64,000 nucleotides of DNA from positions 14,758,001 through 14,822,000 of the forward strand of contig CM075988.1 of the NCBI GenBank assembly GCA_038087875.1, in the 5' to 3' direction. The notes below the pieces were generated by a model, which was not told the DNA's origin, searched no databases, and saw only the letters and a list, made by a program, of their open reading frames with translations. Position numbers and translations under genes: made by a program. Below, one piece after another: positions 34,464 to 47,353 of the stretch (its first letter is position 1; the number at the start of each line of letters is the position of its first letter). The stretch comes from Malacoraja senta (taxonomy: Eukaryota).

Positions 34464-35878
34464 CTCCTCCTCCTCCTCCTCCTCCTCCTCCTCCTCCTCC
34501 TCCTCCTCCTCCTCCTCCTCCTCCTCCTCCTCCTCCTCCTCCTCCTCCTCCTCCTCCTCCTCCTCCTCCTCCTCCTCCTCCTCCACCTCCTCCTCCTCCT
34601 CCTCCTCCTCCTCCTCCTCCTCCTCCTCCTCCTCCTCCTCCTCCTCCTCCTCCTCCTCCTCCTCCTCCTCCTCCTCCTCCTCCTCCTCCTCCTCCTCCTC
34701 CTCCTCCTCCTCCTCCTCCTCCTCCTCCTCCTCCTCCTCCTCCTCCTCCTCCTCCTCCTCCTCCTCCTCCTCCTCCTCCTCCTCCTCCTCCTCCTCCTCC
34801 TCCTCCTCCTCCTCCTCCTCCTCCTCCTCCTCCTCCTCCTCCTCCTCCTCCTCCTCCTCCTCCTCCTCCTCCTCCTCCTCCTCCTCCTCCTCCTCCTCCT
34901 CCTCCTCCTCCTCCTCCTCCTCCTCCTCCTCCTCCTCCTCCTCCTCCTCCTCCTCCTCCTCCTCCTCCTCCTCCTCCTCCTCCTCCTCCTCCTCCTCCTC
35001 CTCCTCCTCCTCCTCCTCCTCCTCCTCCTCCTCCTCCTCCTCCTCCTCCTCCTCCTCCTCCTCCTCCTCCTCCTCCTCCTCCTCCTCCTCCTCTCCTCCT
35101 CCTCCTCCTCCTCCTCCTCCTCCTCCTCCTCCTCCTCCTCCTCCTCCTCCTCCTCCTCCTCCTCCTCCTCCTCCTCCTCCTCCTCCTCCTCCTCCTCCTC
35201 CTCCTCCTCCTCCTCCTCCTCCTCCTCCTCCTCCTCCTCCTCCTCCTCCTCCTCCTCCTCCTCCTCCTCCTCCTCCTCCTCCTCCTCCTCCTCCTCCTCC
35301 TCCTCCTCCTCCTCCTCCTCCTCCTCCTCCTCCTCCTCCTCCTCCTCCTCCTCCTCCTCCTCCTCCTCCTCCTCCTCCTCCTCCTCCTCCTCCTCCTCCT
35401 CCTCCTCCTCCTCCTCCTCCTCCTCCTCCTCCTCCTCCTCCTCCTCCTCCTCCTCCTCCTCCTCCTCCTCCTCCTCCTCCTCCTCCTCCTCCTCCTCCTC
35501 CTCCTCCTCCTCCTCCTCCTCCTCCTCCTCCTCCTCCTCCTCCTCCTCCTCCTCCTCCTCCTCCTCCTCCTCCTCCTCCTCCTCCTCCTCCTCCTCCTCC
35601 TCCTCCTCCTCCTCCTCCTCCTCCTCCTCCTCCTCCTCCTCCTCCTCCTCCTCCTCCTCCTCCTCCTCCTCCTCCTCCTCCTCCTCCTCCTCCTCCTCCT
35701 CCTCCTCCTCCTCCTCCTCCTCCTCCTCCTCCTCCTCCTCCTCCTCCTCCTCCTCCTCCTCCTCCTCCTCCTCCTCCTCCTCCTCCTCCTCCTCCTCCTC
35801 CTCCTCCTCCTCCTCCTCCTCCTCCTCCTCCTCCTCCTCCTCCTCCTCCTCCTCCTCCTCCTCCTCCTCCTCCTCCTC
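34464..35878. repeat. (CCT)n/(AGG)n microsatellite, ~1415 bp (~470 units)
   Basis: Pure tract apart from one substitution (A at 34585) and one phase slip near 35092. Confidence 0.98.
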
Positions 35879-37411
35879 GAAGTGAAGCAGAGTTGGAATA
35901 AAGACAGGAAAATGTATTGGGGCAATGATCGTACCAGTAGCAATGCAATAGGAAAAGATAAAGCCTGCAGGAATATAATCAAAAATGTTACTGCGTATCA
36001 TCTAATGTGTTTTGTTTTAAAGTTGGAGATAAAGGCATTTTGTGCAGAACCTAATCTTAAAACTGAGCAAGTTTGCAAAGATGGCCTCACATCATTTCTG
36101 ATGCCTGTGGCATGGAATTCGACAAAGTAAAATGTGGGAGAGGAGCCAACTTTACCTTGGAAATCGAAGTATTGGTACAAGTAAGAAACAGCAGCTGATG
36201 CATCAAAAGACTTTAAAAAAATATTTGAATTCACCACAATTCGTGCAAAAAGATGATTCTCCAAGTCAATACCGTGGCGTTCCAGAAGGAACAACTGTGA
36301 ATTGAAGTTCAATTAATTAAGGTCGAGAGTTGAAACATCCAAAAACACATTACAAATTAACTCAACAATATGTATTGTTGTTAAACTCAACTATCTTGTT
36401 GAACAATGCAAACAGGGGAAAAAAGATGAATATGTGCTCTTCTACGACCACACAATGCAGTAGTTGAGCTCTTAGTTCGTTATCATTACCATCAGATCCT
36501 TCGTATGCCCTTTACCATATTAAAATGAAAAATTAAAAACAAATGTTTAAGCCTATTACAAACATCCAGCAGCAAGTCCTGACAATTCTTCCATCTCAAG
36601 GTTCTGCGGCTGCTCATAAACTATTTAAGCTTTGCTCTCATGGTTTATAATACCATCAGAATCGGTCAATTGAATTATTGCCTTGTAACTTACTGCCAGC
36701 CATCTATTATCCTTTATATAATTTCACTCCTGGTTGGGTTTTACAGATGGCATCTTCGCATAACAGCAGCCATTACATAGAACAAATTACAGAATTTATA
36801 TAAAATCAATGTTACATGACAACAAAAAGGTGCTGATCAAGTAACAAGCTTGGTTTCAGTAGATGGTAATGAAATTAGTTTGGCACTGCCCTGCTCACTC
36901 ACATGGTGGCTATTAAGTTAGAAATTATACCCATATGTTTATCTTATGATCAGAATGGCGAATAGTGTGCATTAGTGCCATTAGAGTAGAGATCAAAGTT
37001 AATAGAAAAACATGGACATGTTCCCGAAATTCCTCAAAAATTCTCGAGAGGTGGAAATTCGTCCCTGGTCATTAGAATTAAATTGGCACCATGACATTGC
37101 TCAACAACTGTAACCTCTAACATGCTGCTCAATTGACTTCAACCATTTCTCAAAAGACTGCCGCTATTACATCCAAGTTAGATTGCTGTAGATTGAAGTT
37201 CCACCAGCCATCAAACATAAACATCTACCGACCAAGTGCTACATGGCATCTTCCAGATGGAACAGCAAATTTGCTTGCTCGCAAGCGGTTACAAGAGATA
37301 TAACTAGACTAATTTTGATAAAGGATAGGAAAGGTTTTCCTTCCTTTTAGCCTATGTTAATCTTTCAATTATCCTCAAGTTTCTGAAATTTGGCCCCTTT
37401 GCCAACGTGAT

Positions 37412-37582
37412 ATACCGAAGGTAGACACAAAGTGCTAGAGCAACTCAGCGGGTCAGGCAGCATCTCTGGAGAACAAGGATGGGTGACGTGGTCCGAAGAA
37501 GTGTCCCGACCCAAAACCTCACCCATCCTTTTTCCCCCAGAGATGCTGTCTCACAAACAGAGTTACTCCAGCACTTTGTCCC
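37412..37582. repeat. Fold-back Penelope-derived mini-element
   Basis: gacacaaagtgctagagcaactc...ggatgggtgacg joined to gtccgaagaagtgtcccgacccaaaacctcacccatcc...gagttactccagcactttgt. Confidence 0.75.
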
Positions 37583-37858
37583 CCTTTGTGAATGGCTATG
37601 TTTTCAACATTTTAAAAATTGTCTTGTCTTCAAAAGTATTTAATTGTCTATGAAGTGTTTTGAGATGTTCTGAATAGTATTTGAAAGGTACTAATTGAGC
37701 CCAAAAGAGTAATCAATGCAAGTGGTCAGAGCTGGAATTAGATTTCTTGTGAACCTTTGCTGCAAGCAGAAACACTCAAGAACACTAGCATTTCCAAATT
37801 AAATTTCTGAACATTGTTCAAGATATCCTAGGTATAAACTATCAAAAATTTTGATTAG

Positions 37859-38044
37859 GAAAGAATCGCAGATGCTGGTTTAAATCAAAGGTAGACACAA
37901 AATGCTGGAGTAACTCCGCGGGACAGGCAGCATCTCTGGAGAGAAGGAATGTCTGAAGGATCTTGACCCAAATCGTCACCCATTCCTTCTCTCCAGAGAT
38001 GATGCCTGTCTCGGCGAGTTACTCCAGCATTTTGTGTCTACCAG
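37859..38044. mobile_element. Fold-back Penelope-derived mini-element with 13-bp TSD
   Basis: aaattttgattag at 37846-37858 and 38045-38057. Inverted arms of about 60 bp at 37890-37950 and 37982-38042. Confidence 0.85.
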
Positions 38045-39256
38045 AAATTTTGATTAGTTCTGCTGAAGGTGAAGTTTTCCACCAGCTGGCCAGACCTGTA
38101 TAATTACCCAAATAGATAATGATTACATTACCCAAGTATTTGTAAACCATTTTGTTGTACACAAAATGACTCAACTGCAATTATTCCCATTGCAATCCAA
38201 AGTAATTCACTATGTGAAACGCTTCATTAAAAGCATGAAAAGGAATTGTTTAAGTCTAAAAGTTCTCTCATTAAAATGCCTCGAGAAAATTAAAATGTCG
38301 TCATGTGTTCACCAAAATAAAATGCAGTCTTGTAAAACCAATGATAAAATAATCTACATTGCCGAGTGCACACATGATCAACTGGTCTCAAGGCTCTGCC
38401 AAGAGTACTTCATAAGAAAGGTAACAAAAGCTGAAGCTTTCAATTGATGATAAATCATTGACCTGTAAAAGGAAATGTGTACAGAGGCAAGATGATGCAC
38501 AAATGGGATGTAGCAATAATGTGCTTTTTTTTTTAAACTGGCAGACTAGCAATGAGCTGCAAGCATCAAACTTTTACTCCAAATATTAATGACCTGGGTA
38601 ATGGAATTGATGGCCACATATCCAAATGTGCCACCAAAAATACAGGTAATAAATACAGCAGTACAGATGAAAGATTACATTTACATATATTAAATGATAC
38701 CAAAATTAAAATTTACCAAAAGTAAATTCAATGATACCAAAATTACAACAAAGGTAGCTTAATTTTGGGCATCCATTTTGGAATAAAGAAATTATAGAAG
38801 TTTGAAATAGTGGAAATGCAGTAAAACTTAGAAATCTACATAGTACCAAACTACATTGGATATTTCCCGTCATCTTTAAGCTATGTATTATGACCTCTAC
38901 ATTAGTCGAAAAATCACAACAATATGAAAGTGAAGTGAATATGAAGGCAAAGAAACAATAAGCAGCATTGCAGGATTTGAAACAGTCGCTAATTAGTTCA
39001 TCATTCCTTGTACATTCTGATGCAGTGAAGCAGTGGTTACTCAATGTGCTATGTCTGCTTGTAGCATTGGTGCTGTTGTGATGCAATGTGGTGAATGCAG
39101 ATGAGTGGCTAATTCTGCATCAGTCTCATGTGATGTCAAGATGTCACATTATTACTGTATCACAAAGTTAAGTACCTAGATTGGTATGAATATTTACCAA
39201 TCGTAAAGAGGAACAGTGTATTGATCATAATCCTACTGAGCCAGGTCACTACTGTC

Positions 39257-39562
39257 TTAGTTTAGTTTAGAGATACAGTGCACAAAAAAAAACCAGGCCC
39301 TTCGGCCCACTTAGTATGTGCCGACCAGCGATCCCTGCACACTAACACTATCCGACACACACTAGGGACAATTAAAAATGTTACCGAGCCAATCAGCCTA
39401 CAAATCTGTACATATTTGGAATGTGGGAAGAAACCGGAGCACCTGGAGAAAACCCACGGAGGTCCCGGGTTGTACGTACAAACTCCGTACAGACAGCATC
39501 GTAGTCAGGATTGACCCAGGTCTCTGGCGCTGGAAGGCAGCAACTCTACCTCTGTGCCACCT
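39257..39562 (-). mobile_element. HE1-like SINE
   Basis: Same family as 32155-32470, in reverse orientation. Confidence 0.85.
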
Positions 39563-41529
39563 ATGACTTCTTTGTAAGTTAGTACTTACACCCGTTACTT
39601 CATTATCGTGGTTTGAGATATCAGTACATGGGTGCAAGAAAAGATACGCTTTAATCTCTAGATATAATAATATATGCTTTGATCTCTAGATATAATAAGA
39701 TATAGTATGAACTCTGATGCAGCAGGGAAGCAGGTGGATACAGAAGAAATAAATCAATTTTCACATAAAATAAGATAGTAGATGAACTTGGAAAAGGTTA
39801 CAGGAACAGTCAACATCATCCCTGCACAGAAAACCAAATTACCTACAGAGTATCTGGTGCAGATAATCGTTTCTTCTGCACAGAGGGAAATACATTTGTG
39901 ATCAATGCAATTGATCAGCAAATCATTCCAAAAATGCTGTGGGGCCAAAGTAGAAAAATAAAGACACATTAGCTTGGGGAAGCAGCCAATGACAGCCATT
40001 TAGAACTGACAGCAGAATTGTTTATGGAAGCAACTTTATATTTTCTAATTGAATACATTGGGAAGAACGACATTACACTTATGACTTAGAAGGTGAAGAA
40101 CATTTTTGTAGCATTGTAGAATTGGTGATCAATTTCTTCAATGCCAATTTCGGCTCAAGCCATGCATGCCAACAAGAGGTTACTATTTAAACAAAGTTGC
40201 TTTCTAGTGGGCCCTTGCTGAGCAAGGAGGAAAAAGAGACCTTTAAAATCAGACTTGCTCCGTAGTCCCACACCTCTCTGAATACCTGCGCCATAATCTC
40301 CAAACTTACAACTTTAGTTTTGTTCCATGTATCTTTCTGGGAAATTAGCATAGATTTTCCTCCGGTACAGTATATCCGTTCAAGGTGGTGCTGCCAAAAC
40401 CACTTTACAATACCTTTCCATCACTGTAGTCCTACAAGATTAAACTGTAGGTTCTGAACTATTCCGCGTTGATGCTCTTTTTCATGGCACGACAACACTT
40501 TAGTTGGAATAATTTTCTATTTACAATCAGGCCAGCATTTGTGCTATTATGGCAAGTTATAGAATTTACTCTGCAAAATACTTTTCATATGTGGATTTTC
40601 TCCAGATTGGATCCTGCTTTCATTAGTGGCAGCAATTATTTTCTTCTCAAATTATACTCCCTTGGAATTATTATATTGCTCTGGATAACTGGATCTACCT
40701 TACCCAACATACGCACTTTTCCTTACATTTTTCTCCAGTTCATTGTAACTACCAGTTTACCATTACCCAAAAACGTAGGCACAAATGATGGTCATTTGTA
40801 CGAAACCGAGAAATGGGCAATATAGACGGTACTAAAATGTACTGACAAAACATTCATTACAAAAACAATTAAAATGTGCTGGATCAATGGTGTGAGGATG
40901 TGTGGAATTGGTTAATTATCTCAGAATTTTCATGATTGGAACAAATGATCTTACCCAAGACTATTATGCCTCCACAAAGATCTCCGTTCACTAAAGCAAC
41001 CATAAAGAATGGGATTCAGGTACCAGAAGAGTGGAGCTCCAAACCTCATTAGTTATGTGACAGCATTGCTGTTTCTTGGACAACTTTCAGATGAGCAAAG
41101 AGCACAAACTGCACTGTTTAAAGGTGTATTACAGTGCAGCCAGCAGGCTCAACTTAAAATGGAAGCGGGGTTTGGCTTCAACCTGATTAAAAGGGAATGC
41201 TCCCGTCATGCCAAAGAATACTTGTCATCAATTTTTTCCCCCAACTAAAGCCTGTCCAGATCCAACTTAGGCTGCTCAAGAGAAGTGGAAGATGTGAGAA
41301 ATCCAAAAGGTAGCATCTTGCCATTCCTCAATTTCAAGTGGGAAGGACTGAATTTCTGCCAATCATGCTCAATGGAGCACAGATTCCTGACTCAATATCT
41401 TCTCCCATTTCCTGCCCTCTGCCAATTTATACCCCTTCCTTTCACCCTGGTATTTGGTCCAGACTGTGTGTAAACAAAGAGGCAGCCACGTAAGATCCAT
41501 CTTCCAATAGTTGATCTTGATTAGATAGG

Positions 41530-42045
41530 CTGTTAAGTCAAGTGTTTTATTGTCATATGTTCCGGATGGGACAATTAAATTCTTACTTGCTGCAGCACAA
41601 CATAATATGTGAATAAATAAATATAGTACAATTCAGGGGAAAGAGAATAAAAAGAAAAAGTTCAATAAATAACAAATAATAATAGTCTTTTACAGTTCAG
41701 AGCTCAGAGCTTATTTGTTGTTGTGTTTAATAGCCTGCTGGCTGTGGGGAAAAAGCTGTTCCTGAACCTGGATGTTACAGTTTTCAGACTCCTGTACCTT
41801 CTTCCTGATGGCAATGGTGAGATGAGTGTGTGGCCAGGATGGTGTGGGTCCTTGATGATTTTGGCTGCCTTCGAGGCAGCGACTACGATAGATCCCTTCG
41901 ATGGTGGGGAGGTCAAAGCCGGTGATGGACTGGGCAGTGGTCACAACTTTTTGTAGTCTTTTTCACTCCTGGACATTCAAGTTGCCGAACCAGGCCACGA
42001 TGCAACCAATCAGAATGCTCTCTACCGTGCACCGGTAGAAGTTTA
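41530..42045 (-). mobile_element. Rex1/Babar-like LINE 3' fragment
   Basis: AQSITGFDLPTIEGIYRSRCL / AAKIIKDPHHPGHTLISPLPSGRRYRSLKTVTSRFRNSFFP..RLLN; tail gacaataaaacacttgac. Confidence 0.8.
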
Positions 42046-44284
42046 ATATTCTGTTCTAAATGCACGTATGCTTGCATTAATGGCCACAAAGATAAGTAAC
42101 CACAAGCCTGTGGTAATTATCCAGTTGCAGCATTCGTCCAATTCTTCTTTGTTGAAATCAATGAGGAAAATGCTGTGTTACAGCTATAACCAAACTAAGC
42201 CAATTTGTTCTAATATTGGTTTGCTTCATCAATAGTGGAAAAAGTTTCAGATCATGATACAAATATTTCTGAGGTTAACCACATATTATAACAGAAATTC
42301 TGAAATATCCAGACAATGCTTTCAGAAGAGATATTCAGTTCCTCCACAGAGTAGCCCCGTGTAAGTGGAGTCTGCATGAAAATTAATGCACTGGATTGAA
42401 TTTGCTAAGCTTGCCCTCGAATTCCACAACCAGCCACAAACAGTAGAGCCAGTTCAACAGGCCGTATGGACTGCTCCCACTTATTTTGGCCTTTGGTGCT
42501 TATGGTAAAATAAATTACATTGTAACCTGTTCCCAGCTGTCCACATCTTGTGGATTAGAGAGAAGTAAAAGAAATACAGATACATTGGAACTCAATTCAT
42601 AAAGTTTCAGTAAAATAGGAAATTAAATTCCTGGTATAACCAATTCCAAAACAGAAAGTAGATAAAGCAAACTATTGCTGATATATATATCTTCCCTGAA
42701 CAGCAAGAGATAACCCCAAGGTGTACTGATTTTTCTAAATCTGCCAATTATACCATATCAGCAAATCAATTATTTATGCCTTTTTAAAAAAAAGTGTTAA
42801 TAGCAGAAGATGTGTCCCAAATCAGACACTCATTTTTTATCTTCACTGTTATATAAATTGCACAATTTAGTTTGAACAGTCACATTTTAACTACAGTATT
42901 ACATATCAATCTCAAAATATTAATCATACACTAGGTGCAGAACCTCACCCATTCTGACCTCTGTACAGCATTCAGCAGCAAATACATATTCTGTCATTGT
43001 TAATTAAAAACTGGGCAAGAGATTAGCGCAACAATTCCAGAACATTGCCTGTTGTTCATTCAAGTTTTTCCGCAGGGTCAAGTGGAACATTAGAATTGGA
43101 TCGCAAATTATTACAGTATCTGTTAATCTGATGTGTCTGCATCAGATTACATATTGTACTGATAAATCATCTCTTGACAATCATCACAAAAAAAATTACA
43201 ATCGTACAACTAATTGCTGAATATATCAACATTGTCTAATCAATTATCTATATAAGCAAGATTTCCAATTGTGCTCCAAGGAATATAATTCCACTTGTGA
43301 TATGTGCAGTTGCAATATTTATTTCAATGCAAAAGATACACAAACAAACATCTCATAACATGGCCATTATTAATTTTGAATAAACCAATTTGTATTCATA
43401 CCTTGCTCTGTGCCTCAGTTACGAGGACAAGAATCACCTACAGGTACCAACCAAACCTATACTTGACTTCCGCAGACAGGCGATGGTTTTGGAATCTAGT
43501 CAAGCATGCACTCTTATCTGCACCTGTTTAAGATTAAGGCTAATTAACTTTAAATTAAGCCATTAAAGGATTACCCCCATAGCACTGGCCAATCTAATTG
43601 GTGTGAACTAGGGAGCAAAACTAATATATAGTCATACATAATTAAACACTTGCCATGTGACAACATGAAGAAGGAATTGGCAATTTGACCGTAATTCAAG
43701 GATAGCTCTGTTGGTTAGGAATTAATCTCATTAATTGATCTTTAGATAAAGATAAATGTTTGTTCATTGGTTTCTCAATACAGGGAATCATATTTAATAT
43801 TTTAATCCCATCATTTACAAATAAATGTGACATTGGTCAAATGCACTGATGAGTGGGTGAAAGATGAGCATAGCAATTAGCATTAGGTTTGTGCACCTGA
43901 CTTACCCAACTTATTCATTGGAAAATTTGTGCTACGTTGTGCATGACATGATTGCTTCCAACAGGGTCACCGAGAGGGTGATTAAGGGGCAAATCAATCG
44001 CATATTTAGACATTGCTTCCACTCTCTGGATCATTCTCAACATTAAACTGAGTGAAAATCCATGTATTGCATTCCTATACATTATCATCAGCCCTTATTA
44101 ATAGTCTAATTGTCTCTCGTGAAGAATAAAGACGTGTTTGCTCCTTCTCAACAGGAATCAATCTCTCTTATTTAAAGCATTTGACGCAGAATGAATTCGA
44201 TTTTTGGGAGGAGATTTATTCAGCAGGTTTGTTACCCATAAGAAAAAATACTCAGCACAGTTCATTTAATGTTTTAGACCATCA

Positions 44285-44650
44285 CACACAGAAGCAGAAT
44301 TAGGCCGTTTGGCCAATTGAGTTATGGCTGATCTATTATTTCCCTTTCAACCCCATTCTCCTGCCTTCTGACATTTGCCTTTGATGCCCATACTAGTCAA
44401 AAACGTATCAATCAAAAAAACGCCCAAAGACTTGACCTCCATAGCTGCCTGTGACAAAGAATCCACAGATTCACCATGCTCTGGCTAAACAAATTCCTCC
44501 TCATCTCCATTTTACAGGTATGTCCTTTTATTCTGAGGCTGTGCCCTCTGGTCCTGGACTCTCCAATTATTGGAAACATCCTCTGCACATCCACTCTATC
44601 CAGGCCTTTCATTATTCGGTAGGTTTCAATGAAATCCTCCCTCATCCTCT
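44285..44650 (-). mobile_element. CR1 3' fragment
   Basis: MREDFIETYRIMKGLDRVDVQRMFP..ESRTRGHSLRIKG. Confidence 0.85.
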
Positions 44651-45455
44651 AACCCAATGCTCTCTCTGGTGTAGAATAGTGGTTCTCTTCAAACACCAGC
44701 AAAAGTACAACTGCAGTTATTGCCTTTAGTGTCCATGAGAATATTTAGCAAGAAAAAAAACCAATTATCCTTTAAAATGGATGGAGCAATAGTCCTATCT
44801 ATTGAAAGATATGAACATAAGGGTAATTGAATCCATAAAGACAATTTAAAAAGTTGCTGGAGTCTCCAGCCAAATATAACTACTTTTGATATCATCTTCT
44901 TGTCTCTTCTTGTCTCAAGCAAGTTCTTGGTTGAAAGGCAGCAGCTTCGTTTTTCTGCATCTGGTCATCATTTGAGTCTGGGCAACTTCCTGGGAGACGA
45001 CATGATCTATTTAATTAGCAGATCCCAAACTTGTAAAATTACTGTCATAATCATACATAAATCTGAATTTTATTTTCCAAGTCTGTTGAATTCAATTAGT
45101 ACTTTTGTAGTAGAAACTGCGGATGATGGGATATTTCTCCGTTGCTTAAAATTAATCGTAAAAAAGAAACTGCTATTTATAATGGTATTGATTTGTTATT
45201 ATGACCTGTACTACGATACAGTGAAAATGTTTATGTGCGTGTTATTCAGTCAAATCATGTCATACACGAGTACAAACATTCACAAGTGGAGCAGTTAGTG
45301 CAAAGAGGAAAATAACCAGAGTGCAGAATATTGTGGTACAGTGTCACAATGGAGGAACTCAGTGGGTCAAACTTAAGAGGCTGTCCCACTTGGGCGATCT
45401 AATTGGCGAGTTTAGAAGTGTTTAGGAGAGTTTGAAAAAATGTCATGTTGAAGAC

Positions 45456-47353
45456 TTTGAGTGCAGGTCGGACAAAGCAGCAGTGAGAACCACTGTTGGC
45501 TGAACTTGGTGAGTCTTGAGTGCAGGTTTAAAAAGAGGGCAAACAGCATTTTAGCAGTCTTTCAGTGCAGGTCGGACAAAGCACATACTTCCAAGCTCAT
45601 CAGAGGAAGGAAGGTTAGGAGTGAGTGTAGGGATTGGCTGAACAATTAGATTGGAAGATTGGTAAATTGGACAATTAGGCAATTTAGCATCTGATATAAG
45701 CAAGACTTGCTCAAGGGGGTGCAGCCCTGTCGAGGGGAATGCCCTGTGAGAAAAGTGCGAGTTTTTGGCTGCTAGTCTTCGGCGAGGAGGCTGAGGGAGG
45801 ACGCCACACCAAACGCTAGAGAGGGAGAGACGAAAGAAGGAAATGTCAAGCAAACTGATTCAGTGTGATGCTTGTGGGAGGTCAAGGACACTGCTGGTGC
45901 CTCTGGCTGCTCCAAATGTGAGAAGTGCATCCAGGTACAGCTCCCTGAAGGACCGTGTTGGGGAACTGGAGAAGCAAGTGGATGACCTCGGGTTCATCCG
46001 AGAAACTGAGTCGTTCCTCGACAAGTCCTACAGTAAGATTGTTACACCTAAGGTACTGGAAGAGAGAAGGTGGGTGACGGTGAGAAAGGGAGGGAAACAT
46101 GGAATGCAAAGGTCTCCGGGTGTTGTACCTCTTGGGGACAGGTTCACCCACTTAGAAGCTGTCAGGACAGAAGACGTTAACAGACTGAGAGGCAGACTGG
46201 CTTGCGAAGCAAAAAGGGCTGTTGAGCCAAAACCAAAGAGGCCGACGTCAGGCAACGCCATGGTAGTTAGAGACTCCATTGTGAGAGGTACGGACAGGGG
46301 TTTCTGCAGCAACAGATGGGATTCGAGGATGTTGTGCTGCCTCCCTGATGCCAGGATCTAGGATGTCACAGACGGAGTGCAGAAAATCCTCAAGGGTGAA
46401 GGTGAACAGTCGGAAGTGATAGTGCATGTCGGCACAAACGATGTCGGAAAGAAGGGGAATATTCTGAAGCGTGACTTTAGAGAGCTCGGAAAAATGCTGA
46501 AAAGCAGGACCTCCAGGGTGGTTATCTCCGGTTTGCTTCCAGTTCCTCGTGCTGGCGAGAGAAGGAACAGGGAGATACAGGACCTCAAGGGGCCGGGTTA
46601 TTATCTCAATGGGGTTAGGTTAGGTAAGGGGGAGGTGCAGCGAGACACCGGTCACTGAAAGTTGGCTTACAGGTACAGCAGGCAGTGAAGAAAGCTAATG
46701 GAATGTTGGCCTTCAAAACAAGAGGATTTCAGTATAGGAGTAAAGAGGTTCTTCTGCAGTTGTATAGGGCTCTGGTGAAGCCACATCTGGAGTATTGTGT
46801 ACAGCTTTGGTCTCCTAATTTGAGGAAGGACATCCTTGTGATTGAGGTAGTTCAGCGTAGGTTCACGAGATTGATCCCTGGGATGGCGGGACTGTCATAT
46901 GAGGAAAGAATGAAAAGACTAGGCTTGTATTCACTAGAGTTTAGAAGGATGAGGGAGGATCTTATAGAAACATATAAAATTATAAAAGGACTGGGACAAG
47001 CTAGATGCAGGAAAAATGTTCCCAATGTTGGGTGAGTCCAGATCCAGGGGCCACAGTCTTAGAATAAAGGGGAAGCCATTTAAGACTGAGGTGAGAAAAA
47101 CCTTTTTCACCCAGAAAGTTGTGAATTTGCGGAATTCCCTGCCACAGAGGGCAGTGGAGGCCAAGTCACTGGATGGATTTAAGAGAGAGTTAGATAGAGC
47201 TCTAGGGGCTAGTGGAATCAAGGGATATGGGGAGAAGGCAGGCACGGGATATTGATTGGGGACGATCAGCCATGATCACAATGAATGGCGGTGCTGGCTC
47301 GTAGGGCTGAATGGCCTCCTCCTGCACCTATTTTCTATGTTTCTATGTTTCTA
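45456..47353 (+). mobile_element. CR1 LINE with 5'UTR, ORF1 and 3' end, but most of ORF2 deleted; 7-bp TSD TGAAGAC
   Basis: tgaagac at 45449-45455 and 47354-47360; tail (tttctatg)x3. The 3' ~770 bp is near-identical to 21538-22314. Confidence 0.9.
45843..46585 (+). pseudogene. CR1 ORF1 (Zn-finger, coiled coil, SGNH esterase domain), disrupted
   Basis: QCDAC, KDRVGELEKQVDDL, VVRDSIVRG (GDS block I mutated), CLPDARI, VIVHVGTND (block III), VVISGLLPVP; frameshifts and an in-frame stop. Confidence 0.85.

Noticed and set aside
34351..36001. Four long ORFs (476-543 aa) of poly-R/G/E/L/S
   Set aside because: Artefacts of the stop-free (CCT)n microsatellite.
36156..36294. Possible minus-strand exon (cacag...CAAG/gtaaag) with one open frame
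   Set aside because: Peptide not recognisable, weak polypyrimidine tract and no partner exons; compatible with chance.
39648..39700. Short direct duplication (gcttt.atctctagatataataa twice, 28-bp period)
   Set aside because: Ordinary local slippage duplication with no further structure.
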